From positions 194,742,001-194,806,000 of the forward strand of contig NC_091988.1 of the NCBI RefSeq assembly GCF_044704955.1: DNA of 64,000 nt. The letters are read 5' to 3'. Under the pieces are notes generated by a model, which had not been told where the DNA came from, did not search any database, and saw nothing but the letters and a program-made list of their open reading frames with translations. The position numbers and the translations under genes were made by a program. This DNA is from Pristiophorus japonicus (Eukaryota). Below, piece after piece: positions 1 through 12,513 of this stretch (position 1 is the first letter of the stretch; every line of letters begins with the position of its first letter).

Positions 1-586
1 ACAGAATAAACTCTGGTGATAGACACACACTGCACGGTGAAACTTGACACATTTAACACGGTGAAAGAGGTTCAACTCCTCCACTCACCCATCTCTCCAC
101 CACAGCAAGGCCACATCATTCTTGAAAATATATCAACAGTCATCCAGCCTTCGGTCTTTCTCTGGAGAGAACAAAAGATCAGCAATCACAACATCGTTAA
201 CACTTGGAACCAGTGAGAAATTTCCCAATGCCGATCGGCCGTAAAGAGATTCTTTACCAAGTTGCATTACCTTGACTTATCGCTCTCAACCTTCAGCTGC
301 TCCATGGTGGTGGCAAATGAAGGCAAGAGAAAATGGAGATTAGTTAGTGACGTGTTAGGAACCACTAGAAACCTCTTGAGGAACATCAAAGAGATTTGTA
401 GCCAAGGCAACTAGTGGATTAATTAAACCCCACAGGGAACAAAAAATAAAGGCACGGCAAATTATTAAAATAGGCAAACACACAGATTGTGGTATGCACT
501 GATCTCATTATTGGCAGCCTGGTCTGTGCGTATCGCAAGGTCGCAATGTCCATCCTCCCCTACTTTTGTGAGATAGCGAGGTTACA

Positions 587-600
587 GTTTCCATAGAAAC
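587..600. promoter_or_regulatory. RFX X-box-like palindrome GTTTCCATAGAAAC
   Basis: close match to GTNRCCATRGYAAC-type consensus; function unproven. Confidence 0.45.
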
Positions 601-917
601 CCACGAGACTAAATAAGTTGGCACGCCGATTCAAACACCGATTCAGTGTAACGATTGATTTATTTGGTCATTTAATTTTGATGAGAAAATCCCCGAGTAA
701 TGATTAGATTACCTGTGATTACCGGAGATCATTCCCAGTGAATGGTGAAGTGGCTGTAAACAGGTTTCTGTCCGGGATGTTAGTGAAAGAGATGGATGTA
801 ACCCAGTAATCTAGAGTAAGTTGTTATGTTTAAAGAGTAGATATGAGCATCAGTTTTTGAATAAAATGAGCACAGTATACCAAAAATAACACACACAGTC
901 CATCATAAATAACATAG

Positions 918-1038
918 ATATCACACACAGAGAGATAGCGGCTGGTATATCACACACAGAGAGATAGCGGCTGGTATATCACACACAGAGAGATGGCGGT
1001 TGGTATATCACATACAGAGAGATAGCGGCTGGTATATC
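918..1038. repeat. 29-bp minisatellite, 4 copies
   Basis: unit atatcacacacagagagatagcggctggt. Confidence 0.95.
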
Positions 1039-1666
1039 TCAGGTGGACATTAAAGATCCCTCGGCACTATTTCAAAGAAAAGCAGGCGAGTCATCCCAGC
1101 TGACCTGGCCAATATTTATCCCTCAACCAACATTACTAAAACTCATCATCTGGTCATTATCATACTGTACCAGTGACTACACTTCAAAAAGGGCATCATT
1201 GCTAAAAAGCACTTTGGGACATCCTGAGGTCATGAAAAGCGCTATATAAATGCAAGTCTTTCTTTCGTACACGAGAAAACAGCAGAAAAGTGATCCAAGG
1301 TACTGTTTAATTAAGATCTGTAGAACATTACTCTATAAAGAGTACTTGCCCCTTAGTTATATAAGAAAAGGTAGTTTTATATTTCTGCTACCAGAAACCC
1401 ACCATATCAAGTTCTGAAACCTGGGAACGAACCACTCAGCTGGTGTAAGAAACCCTTTGGGTTACTGTGCATCAACGCCCATCTTAACCGTGGAGGCAGC
1501 AGCAATTTTAAAAGATTTCGGCCCCAGAACAAGTTTGGGCTCGGCTGTGATGACTCCCACAGTCGGCCAGCCTGCAAACACTGGCTGTCCAGGCTCACAC
1601 ATGAAGAAAGGCACTGAGCCAAGCTACCAGAGGGCTACTGGTAACCCATCAAGAGCCATCACTCTC

Positions 1667-2580
1667 AGAACATAGGAGCAGGAGGGGACCATTCAGCCCC
1701 TCGAGCCTGCTCTGCCATTCAATGAGATTGTGGCTGATCTGTGATCTAACTCCATATACCCGCCTTTGCCCAATATCCCTTAATACCTTCGGTTAACAGA
1801 AAGCTATCAACCTCCTATTTAAAATTAACAATTATTTAATATCAATTGCCGTTTGTGGAAGAGAGTTCCAAACTTCTACCGCCCTTTGTGTGTAGAAGTG
1901 TTTTCTAATTTCACTCCTGAAAGGTCTGGCTCTAATTTTTAGACTGTGCCCTCTAGTCCTAGACCCCCAACCAGCAGAAATAGTTTCTCTCTACCCTCTA
2001 CCCTATCCGTTCCCTTAATATCCTGAAAACTTCGATCAGATCACCCCTTAACCTTCTAAATTCTAGGGAATACAACCCTCATTTGTGTAGTCTCTCCTCG
2101 TAACTTAACCCTTGATGTCCAGGAGGAGAGAGAAATCATTGGGGAAAGAATCGGTTAGAAATGTGCCCTTGTAGCATTCCACTTTAAATGTTCATCCATT
2201 AATGCAAAGCAAATTCTGATATCCAAACAGCACAGTTATTAGCAACAGAGAATAAAACCTACATACAATCATAGAATGGTTACAGCACAGGTGGCCATTC
2301 GGCCTGTCGAGCCCATCCCGACTCTTTGCAAGAGTACCTCAGCCAGTCCCACTCCCCCACCCTTTCCCCGTAGCCCTGCAATTTTTTTTTTCCTTCAAGT
2401 ACTTATCCAACTCCATTTTGACAGCAGTGATTGAGTCTGCCTCCGCCACCCTTTCAGGCCGTGCATTCCAGATCCTAACCACTTGCTGCGGAAAAATAAG
2501 TTTTTCCTCATGTCGCCTTTGGTTCTTCTGCCAATCGCCTTAAACCTGTGCCCTCTGGTTCTCCATCCTTCCGCCAATGG
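1667..2580 (-). mobile_element. two CR1 3'-end fragments (1667-2120, 2268-2580)
   Basis: CR1 tail and RTRGH..K motif on minus strand. Confidence 0.75.
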
Positions 2581-3602
2581 GAGCAGTTGGTGGAGGGATC
2601 AAGAACCAGAGGACACAGATTTAATACTTCCTAAAAGAGAGGACTGGGTGCAGTGCCAAAAAGCAGCATTCAGACAGCTTTATCTTTCAACACATTTCTG
2701 CTACAATGCTTCCAGCAGCCTGATCTCCTCTCCCCGCCTCCAGAGTAAATATTGGGAATAAATACATTTTAAGTAGGACGGGTGGATGTTGAACTTTTAA
2801 CATTCCTCCTGTATGGTTTCGCGCTCAAGTTTTAAAGTAACAATTTGGTTTAGTTGCCTATAATTGATATATTACACAAATCTTCAGAATCATTGCTTCA
2901 CAACCTTAGGAATATTGGGTCAAATTAGACAGATATTTCACCCACCCGCGTCTTGCAAGACGCCATATATATAAAAAGACAAATAGATCTATCTTTCTTT
3001 GCTCAACTTGTTCCGTCGTTTAAAAATCGTGGCCTAAAGGTATTTTCTTAAGCATTGTTTCTCTCGATTAGCATTTCGGTCAGTTACATGCACTGAAATA
3101 TAAACAGACTTTCTCCCAAATCCGCCTACTTTTGCCTGCCTTGAAAGCAGACAAAGCCGCGAGACTATTTTCGATGAAGTACAGGAAAGCGATACCGTTA
3201 CATTTTGCTGAGTTTGAGCTCCTTGGAATGTGGTTTCTGCGTCGCGAAGTCGACGTGGCAGCGAGTTTAACTGCAAGAGCTAAGTTATTTAACGAGTAGT
3301 CGGCGTAGCTCCACGGAGCGACCACCGGAGAGCGCCAGAGGCCAGCTTTACCACTTGGACTCAGCAGAACTTCCCAGATCGGTTTGCACAGCATTGCAAA
3401 TTAACCCGCGTTGCTCCCAAGCTAAAATCTTGTGCCGGAATTTGCGGGGGAAAACGGCGTGTGAACGATGCACGCCGTTATTGATGTGCAAATCAATCAG
3501 CAACTTGTTGCGAGGAAGAAATACCCCGTGAATTGCAAATGGACAGAAGTTACTGAACTAACTTCGGGAAGGGAAGTGGAGCTGAGTCCATGATCGGATC
3601 AG

Positions 3603-3960
3603 CCATCATCATCATCATCATAGGCAGTCCCTCGAAATCGAGGGAGACTTGCTTGCACTCTAAAAATGAGTTCTTAGGTGGCTGAACAGCGCAATACGAG
3701 AGTTACAGCCCCCGTCACAGGTGGGACAGATAGTCGTTGAGGTAAAGGGAAGGGTGGGACTGGTTTGCCGCACGCTCTTTCCGCTGCCTGCGCTTGATTT
3801 CTGCATGCTCTCGGCGTTGAGACTCGAGGTGCTCAGCGCCCTCCCAGATGCACTTCCTCCACTTAGGGCGGTCTTTGGCCAGGGACTCCTGGGTGTCAGT
3901 GGGGATGTTGCACTTTATCAAGGAGGCTTTGAGCGTGTCCTTGTAACGGTTCCTCTGCAG
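3603..3960 (-). mobile_element. RTE-clade LINE 3' fragment
   Basis: KASLIKCNIPTDT..LAKDRPKWR; (GAT)n tail. Confidence 0.85.
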
Positions 3961-4016
3961 CTCGAAGGGCCGTATGGCCTACTCCTCCTATTTCTTATGT
4001 TCTTATGTATTATGTT

Positions 4017-4155
4017 AAAAACAGAAAATGCTGAAAACACTCAGCAAGTCAGGCAGCATCAGCCTCATCGACCTGAACGTTAACTCTGTTTCTCTCTCCA
4101 CAGGTGCTGCCTGGCCTGTTTCAGATTTCCAGCATCCGCAGTATTTTACTTTTGT
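4017..4155. mobile_element. collapsed Penelope remnant, two termini back to back
   Basis: aaaacagaaaatgctg...ggcagcatc followed by an opposite-orientation terminus. Confidence 0.55.
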
Positions 4156-4427
4156 ACAAGTTACTGAACAATTTATGCTGCTCCGCCATTAGCCTCGCGA
4201 AAATAGCATCTCGCCCTTAACTTCCCCGTAAGTTGCTTCATTTGCACATTAATTGCCCATTAAACTCGCCACAGAAAGTTAAGTCTAATGGCCCGGATTT
4301 AACGGTGATAATGATGACGAAACTGTCAGCGTTTGTCGTCATTACCCCTTGGAAACTAACCGTAACTTCATGATTTAGTGCACGTGCAGATAAACACAGA
4401 AATCCTGGAGTTGCGCTCAGTCATTCT

Positions 4428-5006
4428 CTGCTGGAGAAATACCACCAGCGCTGTCTCCGCAAGATCCTGCAAATCCCCTGGGAGGACAGACGCACCAATG
4501 TTAGCGTCCTCAACCAGGCCAACATTCCCAGCATCAAAGCACTGACCACACTCAACCAACTCCGTTGGGTGGGCCACATTGTTTGCATGCATGACACCAG
4601 ACTCCCAAAGCAAGCGCTCTACTCGGAACTCCGACACAGCAAGCGAGTCTCAGGTGGGCAGAGGAAACATTTCAAGGACACCCTCAAAGCCTCCCTGATA
4701 AAGTGCAACATCCCCACCTACACCTGGCAGTCCCTGGCCAAAGACCACCCTAAGTGAAGGAAGTGCATCCGGGAGGGCGCTGAGCACCTCGAGTCTCGTC
4801 GCCGAGGGCATGCAGAAATCAAACGCAGGCAGCGGAAGGAGCGTGTGGCAAACTAGTCCCACCCTCCCTTTCCTTCAACCACTGTCTGCCTCACCTGTGA
4901 CAGAGACTGTAATTCCCGTATTGGACTGTTTACCTAAGAACTCACTTTTAGAATGGAAGCAAGTCTTCCTCGATTCCGAGGGACTGCCTATGATGATGAT
5001 GATGAT
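4428..5006 (+). mobile_element. RTE-clade LINE 3' fragment
   Basis: LRWVGHIVCM..RLPKQALYSEL..GGQRKHFKDTLK; (GAT)n tail. Confidence 0.9.
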
Positions 5007-7877
5007 GCTCCGCCACAGGTGGCGCTGTGGAGCTCCCCAGAGAAATCAGTGAAATCACTTGAACTGACCAACACTTTCCCTTTTCTCCTCCTGTTAAAAT
5101 CCCCATTACAAGTTAAACCTTGTTCAATGATGTGTTACAGGTGTACTGACTGCTGAACAACCGTTCTGACCCTGAAAAACGAATTTTATATTTGTGGAAT
5201 GTCAGATTTCTCCAATCTGATAAAAATTACTAGAGTTTTAAAATAATAAAAAAGATATATATTTTTTTAAGTTTGTTTACGATATTTCAGCTTCTACCTT
5301 GTGTATGTCCCAATCTTTATTTTGCTCTCTATTAAACTTTTTAAAAGTGAATAAAAGCTGCTTTTTATTTCCTTATTTGCCGACTGTGAGAATTCTTCAA
5401 TGTGATTGGCTGCTTAGCCAGCTTGATGACATCACTGCTGTTGATCACTGGGATCCCCTTTTGACAGCTCTACAATCAAGTTAACATCGGGAAAGCTAAT
5501 GTTTTCACCGCAGAGAACGCGAGATCTCTGTGGGCAGCTTTCCTCGAGGTCAGCGGCGATCCCCATAGAGGCATTAATTAATGGGCCTGAATTTGCTGGA
5601 GTAGGGCATCTCACTGCATGCCTGTTTAGTTAGACTTTTTCCCTCACCCATCAGCTTGGAAAAAGTTTGCCTTATAAGTTGCTGGAAGTGCGCACTGATA
5701 ATGGCGAGGCAAGGGCAACAAGACACCAGAGACCTTGGAGAATGACAGGACCACCAGTCTATCTCCGTTACCAATGAAATTTAAGGATAGAGAAAGAAAC
5801 AGCGGAACGATGGAGATGGAAATAGGATGAATTAGAGTCAAATCAGGTACAGAAAAATAAATAAAGAGAGGAAATGAAAGAGCGAGAGAGAGAAAAGGGA
5901 CAGAAAAGAAAAATAAGAACAAAAATGCGAACAACAATTTACTACCTGCGGGAATGAGACTCCGCAGTTTAAATTGTGCTCTTTCAGGGCCGGAGAGCTT
6001 GAGTGGCATTGCGGGAACATAAACCATTCGTTAAAAAGGTACTTATTATGTTGTTAAGTTCCGGTTCTAATACCATAATACTATCTAACTATAACTTTAC
6101 TACTTAATTTTAACACTTTTATTTAACTATAAGTAAACAGAAGAAAGAAAGACTTGCATTTACATAGGATGTCCTAAAGTGCTTTGTATCCAATTAAGTA
6201 CTTTTTTAGGATAAATATTGGCCAGAACACCTGGGATAACTCCCCTGCTCTTCTTCGAAATAGTGCTGTGGGATCTTTTACATCTGCACGAGATAACCTC
6301 AGTTTAATGTCTCAACTGAAAGATGGCGTCTCCGACGTTCAGCATTCCCTCAGTTGGCACCGGGAGTGCCAGCCGAGATAATATGCTCAAGTCTCTGGTC
6401 TCAGAGGAAAGAAACTGAAGAATGCTTTTACTTTTGATCTAAACATTAGCACCTATAAATTATTTGCTGGAAGAACGAAATTATGTTTAAATGCCTGGGT
6501 CTTACATGAGTAACCTGGAATTATATTTTAACCAGCTTTGCATCTGATCTTTGAAATGTCTGGGGGAAAAGAAGCCCCTCCTTTAAGTTCTATGTGATGG
6601 ATTGACTTCTAGAGGCAAATTTATCTCACTCCCTTTGCGGTTTGTTTTTTTGTCATTCGCTGTGTAAAAGCCGAGAGAGATCAAAGATTTTCTGTATGGC
6701 GACAAAGAATAGGAGAAAAAATGAACAGGATAGTTGCAAAGGAATCTTTTCTTTTTCAAAAAGAGCACCAAATAACCCCAGCTGATAAAACAAGAGCCTT
6801 ACATTTATAGAGGTGCTGTTGCTGTTGGAGATGTGAGCCCGACAAGGCGTTGGTTGGCTCCTCTCACAGCCTGGCGAGTTGTCAGTGCGTATGTCCCTGT
6901 GCCACTCCTGCACCTACAGATACTCAGTGTCTGCATTCTTGTTCACAGAAGTACTGCTGGGTGTTTCTTCGTCTGGCAGAGAATGAAGGGCGGATTCCAC
7001 CAACACAGAGCCTGAGTTGTAACTGCAGCACACTCCAGACACCAGCCATCGCATTTCGCAAGATATTCCTGTACGGAATTAACCCTTAAAGTGCCACATT
7101 CGTTCTGCAATTGTATGGAGCTCCTGCTCATCCCGCGTGTTAAAGGTCAGTCATTAGACACGACACAGATTTTATTTTGTACAATGGGAAAGGAATATTG
7201 AGCAAAGTGTATCACGAACCATCTCCTCTCCTGCCACGTCCCACCCCGCCGCTGTTAAAAGTGATCCCTGGCAGACTTGCATACGAGCCTTTTAATTAAA
7301 GCCTTGTGTGCCTGTTTTGCGAGTTTAGATGAACATTAAAGGGTTCATGATATTATTCAAAGAACAGGGAGTTCCCCTGGCTCCTTGGGCAACATTGATA
7401 TCTCAACAAAAACAGACTAACTGACCACTCATTGCTATTTGTGGGACATTATACTGCTTGCTGAAATAAATAGCTGTGATTGCATTTCACGATGATTCAT
7501 TGTTTATGAAGTGATTGGGGACATCTCTCAGAACTGGAATAAGTCACCATATAAATGCAAGTTCTTTACTTTAGGATAAAGCAACCACATATCACAGGTA
7601 AGGTTCCCGCTAAGCCGCACAGCCACACAGCAGCCTGGAGGTCCCGCCCAGCCCGGGACTGGTTTTTCAATAGGTGATTTCACGCAAAATATTTGAATGG
7701 GTCGCACAGTCCGTTAAAGGGACCAAGCACCACAAAACAAATTAGGGGGAACATTGATCACAGTTACTTGGCACAAGTGCCACGGTGTGAGTGATGGAGA
7801 ACAAGTGATGTGGCATAAATGTGTACTCTCATTTAGATTAGTGAAATAATGTGCCATAGCCTCAGTGGAGTAGCCTT

Positions 7878-8370
7878 CAGGTCAACATCCCCATCATCGA
7901 AGCACTGACCACATTTGACCAGCTCCGTTAGGTGGGCCACATTGTCTGCATGCCCGACACAAGACTCCCAAAGCAAGCACTCTATTCAGAACTCCTACAT
8001 GGCAAGTGAGCCCCAGGTGGGCAGAGGAAACATTTCAAGGACACCCTCAAAGCCTACTTGATAAAGTGCAACATCCCCACCGACACCTGGGAGTCCCTGG
8101 CCAAAGACCGCCTTAAGTGGAGGAAGAGCATCCGGGAGGGCGCTGAGCAGCTCGAGTCTCGTCGCCAAGAGCATGAGAAAACAAGCGCAGGCAGCGGAAG
8201 GCCTGTGCGGCAAACCAGACTCCCCACCCACCCTTTCCTTCAACCACTGTCTGTCCCACCTGTGACAGAGACTGTAATTCCCGTATTGGACTGTTCAGTC
8301 ACCTGAGAACTCACTTTTAGCGTGGAAGCAAGTCTTCCTCGATTTCGAGGGACTGCCTATGATGATAATG
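7878..8370 (+). mobile_element. RTE-clade LINE 3' fragment
   Basis: same family, CPTCDRDC zinc motif and GAT tail. Confidence 0.9.
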
Positions 8371-9257
8371 GAGTAACGTTATATTCAATCAACACATTTG
8401 CTTGCAGGAAGCCTGGAGTGGCTTCACAAGAACTGCAATATGATGGAACACCATCAGCTCTAAGGTGTTTAGCAAGTCACACGGCAGGCTGACTTGGATA
8501 TAGAGCGACATTCCTTCATTAATCTTGGGTCAAAATCCTGGGCATTCCCAACCCAACACTGTTTTGGGAGTAACATTGCCAGCAGGATTGCAGGATTTCG
8601 AGAAGGCTCACCATTACCTTCTCAGGCAACCCCAGGTGGGCAATCAATGCAACCTTATCAATGTTGCCCACATTTTATGAACAATTTTTAAATGGGATAA
8701 ACTGTTGTGGGACATCAACTATTAGATATTGTTTTATTTTTGCAATTAATACTCCTGAGCCATTGGTTTATCACTAACTACTGTTATGTGTCCTGGCCAA
8801 TATTTATCCCTCAATCAAGAACAAAAACAGATTATCTGGTCATTATCACATTGCTGTTTGTGGGAGCTTGCTTGTGCGCAAATTGGCTGCCGCGTTTCCC
8901 ACATTACAACAGTGACTACACTCCAAAAGAACTTCACTGGCTGTAAAGCGCTTTGAGACGTCCAGTGGTCATAAAAGGCGCTATATAAATGCAAGTCTTT
9001 CTTTCTTTAAATTAAGGACTTGACTTGGAAACTAAAAAATATGATTTCAATTAAGTAACTCAGAACATTTTAAAACATTTCCATTGATGTGCACTTAACA
9101 AGGCTGGTGCCTTTCCTGATATTTACTGCACTCATAAAATTAATTCCATTTCATATTTTATTGAATATAAGTTCAAAAGCTTCAATACAAAAGTTTAAAC
9201 ATTATTATTAATAGTTTCCTACAAATCTCTTATTCTAATACTCATTATGAAAAGTGT

Positions 9258-10271
9258 AAATTGGCAGAATATGACTAGTGGTGTCCCGCAGGGATCTGTG
9301 TTGGGGCCTCAAATATTCACTGCATTTATTAACGACTTAGATGCTCGGATAGAGAGCCACATATGCAAGTTTGCTGATAACACAAAGATTGGCGTAATTG
9401 TAAGCAATGTAGATGAAAGCATAAAATTACAAAGAGGTATTAATAGATTCATTGAATGGGCAAAACTGTGACAAACGGATTTCAATATCGGCAAGTGTGA
9501 AGTCATCCAATTGGGACCTAAACCGGATAGATCAGAATACTTTCTAAATAGTGAAGAGCTAGAAGCAGTGGAGGTCCAAAGAGCCTTGGGGGGTCCAGGT
9601 TCATAGTTCATTAAAATGCCAGGGACAGTTACAGAAAATAATCAAAAAGGCTAATGGAATGCTGGCCTTTATATCTATAGGACTAGAACACAAGGGAGTA
9701 GAAGTCATGTTACAGTTATACAAAGCCCTGGTTGGACCACACCTGGAGTATTGTGTTCAGTTCTGGACATCACACCTTAGGAAGGATATATTGGCCCAGG
9801 AGGGAGTGCAGCGTAGCATTACTAGGATCAAACCTGGACTCCAAGGGTTAAATTATGGGGAGAGATTGCACAAACTAGGGTTTTATTCCATGAAATTTAG
9901 AAGATTAAGGGGTGATTTGATCAGAGTTTTTAAGCTATTAAGGGGAACGGATAGGATAGATAGAGAGTAACTATTTCCGCTGGTTGGGGAGTCGAGGACT
10001 GGGGGCACAGTCTAAAAATTAGAGCCAGATGTTTCAGGAGTGAAATTAGAAACACTTCTACACACAAAGGGTGGTAAAAGTTTGGAATTATCTTCCACAA
10101 ACAGCAATTGATGCTGGGTCAATTGTTAATTTGAAATAGATTTCTTTTAATCAAAGATATTAAGGGATGTGGGGCAAAGGCAGGTATATGGAGTTTGGTT
10201 ACAGATCAGCCTTGATCTCATTGAATGATGGAACAGGCTCAAGGGGCTAAACGGCCTACTCCTGTTCCTGT
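9258..10271 (+). mobile_element. CR1 LINE 3' part
   Basis: SGVPQGSVLGP, KFADNTK, PHLEYCVQFW, RRLRGDLI and CR1 3' tail. Confidence 0.9.
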
Positions 10272-11163
10272 TATAACAGAAGCCAGTTTGAGTGATTATT
10301 ATCCAGGTGTAGCTGGCCGTGGCCTGGGAATACCAACACATTCTGATTATGTTGAACTCGGTTATAGTAAAAGTCAGTGATAAGACAATAATACACAGAC
10401 AGGTCATATGAGATTGATAATGTCTTCACAAACAGGCAGGAACAAGCAGAAACCTTTGCAGGAGCAGATTGGTTGTGTTCAAACTCGTACGGGCAGCATA
10501 TTTTGTTGATGCTTAGCTAGTGCAAAGAGAAATTGTTTGAAAGTCTTTCCTATCAATGTGTCTGGGTGGCACCTGTCACAAGGTGCATAATTTTTTTTAC
10601 CTGATCAGCTGTTGGTTGCGTCAGCAGTTCGTTTTGAGAAACAAGGTCTGAAAGTGTAACCGCAGCCAAGGTGAAGAAATCTTTCTTAAACTTAAGTTAA
10701 GTTTACAAAGTTCCTGAGTGTTAATGTTCGTAATGGCATTGAAAATTTGTCAGTCTGTGGATGCCACATAACAAAGCTTTGTGCGTGCACAGTGTTCTAC
10801 TTTTCCCCAGTTTAAGAAAGGGGCAGAGCTTGCAGTATAACTTGCTACCTATTTATTAGCACTCTCAAAGCATCATAAGGGCAGCATTAGAAACATAAGG
10901 ACAATATATAATTACCACAGGGAAAGGATATTGTGCCTGTTCATGTGAGCTGGTGAAAGACTTCCTTGAACAAGTTTCTGGATGGGGCTAGGTGTGTTTT
11001 TCATCTATGAGCAGCAAACGGGTGAGGCAAAAGCAATTAGCTCTATAACTTATCCCGATAGAAAATATGGCCACTCCAATCAGTATAATGGTAATGTTTA
11101 TTGTCCATGCTTTTGAAATAAAAAAATATTTTTGCAGGGATCAGCTGAATATAATTGCTTTAT

Positions 11164-11553
11164 GGTATGGTAGCATAATGGTTATGTCACTGTTCTCGTG
11201 ATCTAGAGGCCTGGACTAATGATCCGGAGACGTGAGTTCAAATCCCACCACAGCAGCTGGGGAATTTAAATTCAGTTAATTAAATAAGCCTGCAATAAAA
11301 ATCTAGTGTCAATGGTGACCATAAAACTACCGGATTGTCGTAAAAACCCATCTGATTCACCTATAGGGAAGGAAATCTGCCGTCCTTACCCGGTCTGGCC
11401 TATATGTGACTCCAGACCCACAGCAATGTGGTTGACTCTGAGCTGCCCCCTAAACTAGTGGCTCACCACCACCTTCTCAAGGGCAATTATGGACGGGCAA
11501 TAAATGCTGGCCTTGCCGGCGATGCCCACATCCCGTGAACGAATAAAAATAAA
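11164..11553 (+). mobile_element. tRNA-headed SINE sharing its 3' tail with the 27 kb LINE family
   Basis: A-box-like tagcataatgg, B box gagttcaaatcc; last ~90 bp match the LINE tail; fragment at 25800-25925. Confidence 0.8.
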
Positions 11554-12475
11554 GCCTGAGATCGCAGAATCAGTAACAGCAAAGATGCTCAGGAAATCGG
11601 GTCATATCCAGACAGTACCAGTATCAGCTTGTCTCGACGGTCAGAATGTGAAATTCACAAAATAGGTCATTTCATTCCTGAGCTGACGAGGAATGGGCTA
11701 CGCTTCCTGTCTCATGCTGGAACTTAAGACTTGAAATGCAGGATTTCTTGAGTCTCCCAAAACAAAATACAAACAAAACTTCTATGTTTGCCACAGGTGC
11801 TGCACTATGCCCCTGTATTAGTGTTTTGTTAATTGCTGCTCACCTTATATGATGTGGTATATTTACAGTATATGGAAGTGCATGGCACTGTGAAATATAT
11901 ATACTGTTGTAAAAATTATAACAAGCGTGACCAAGGTTCCCGCCACAGTCTGGCGGTCCCGCACAGGCTGCAAACCGGTCCTGCAACAGAAGAAACCGCG
12001 CATGAGCGAAAATCGGAATGGGCCAGTTTAACGCAGCCAGTTAAAGGGACCACGCGTCAAAAAAAATTAGAGGGAACATTGGACATAACATAGTGCAGCT
12101 TGGAGAAGATGTTTCTTTAAGAGCATGTTCACTAGTGTGAAAACCACCTTCAAAATGCTGAATTGTCCTAATTGCAAAGATAACATGGTTATTTAAAAGT
12201 TATTAGAGAAGGAGCCCCAGCAAGATGTCCATTTTTAAGAATTGAACAGTTAGGTTCAATTTAATGCTGTGCTGTCTAATTATTTTTTTTGGAGAATGCA
12301 ATGTTTTTGTTTAACGAGGGAATGTGGATAACATAATTAAAGGTATTAGCTTGAAGAAGTTACTTAAGCACAAAAGTGAGAGGAAGGCAAGCAAACTTAA
12401 GAAGGTTGATTTTTCTGAAAGCGCATCCAGTGGAGAGCCTCACCCACCAGGAGCAAGTATCAGGAAGTCAGGGAC

Positions 12476-12513
12476 ATGGTCCCCACAATTTTCTCTCTGG
12501 GGCCATACATTTG
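12476..12513 (+). CDS. candidate upstream coding exon of SGK2 (MVPTIFSLGPYI), frame uncertain
   Basis: gggacATGG start context, TG|gtaaaa donor, non-repetitive region; phase gives an open frame through 24653-24722 into 34293; no homology recognised. Confidence 0.3.

Noticed and set aside
6833-7131. Cys-rich short ORFs in unique sequence
   Set aside because: No recognisable domain or clear splice structure; consistent with chance ORFs
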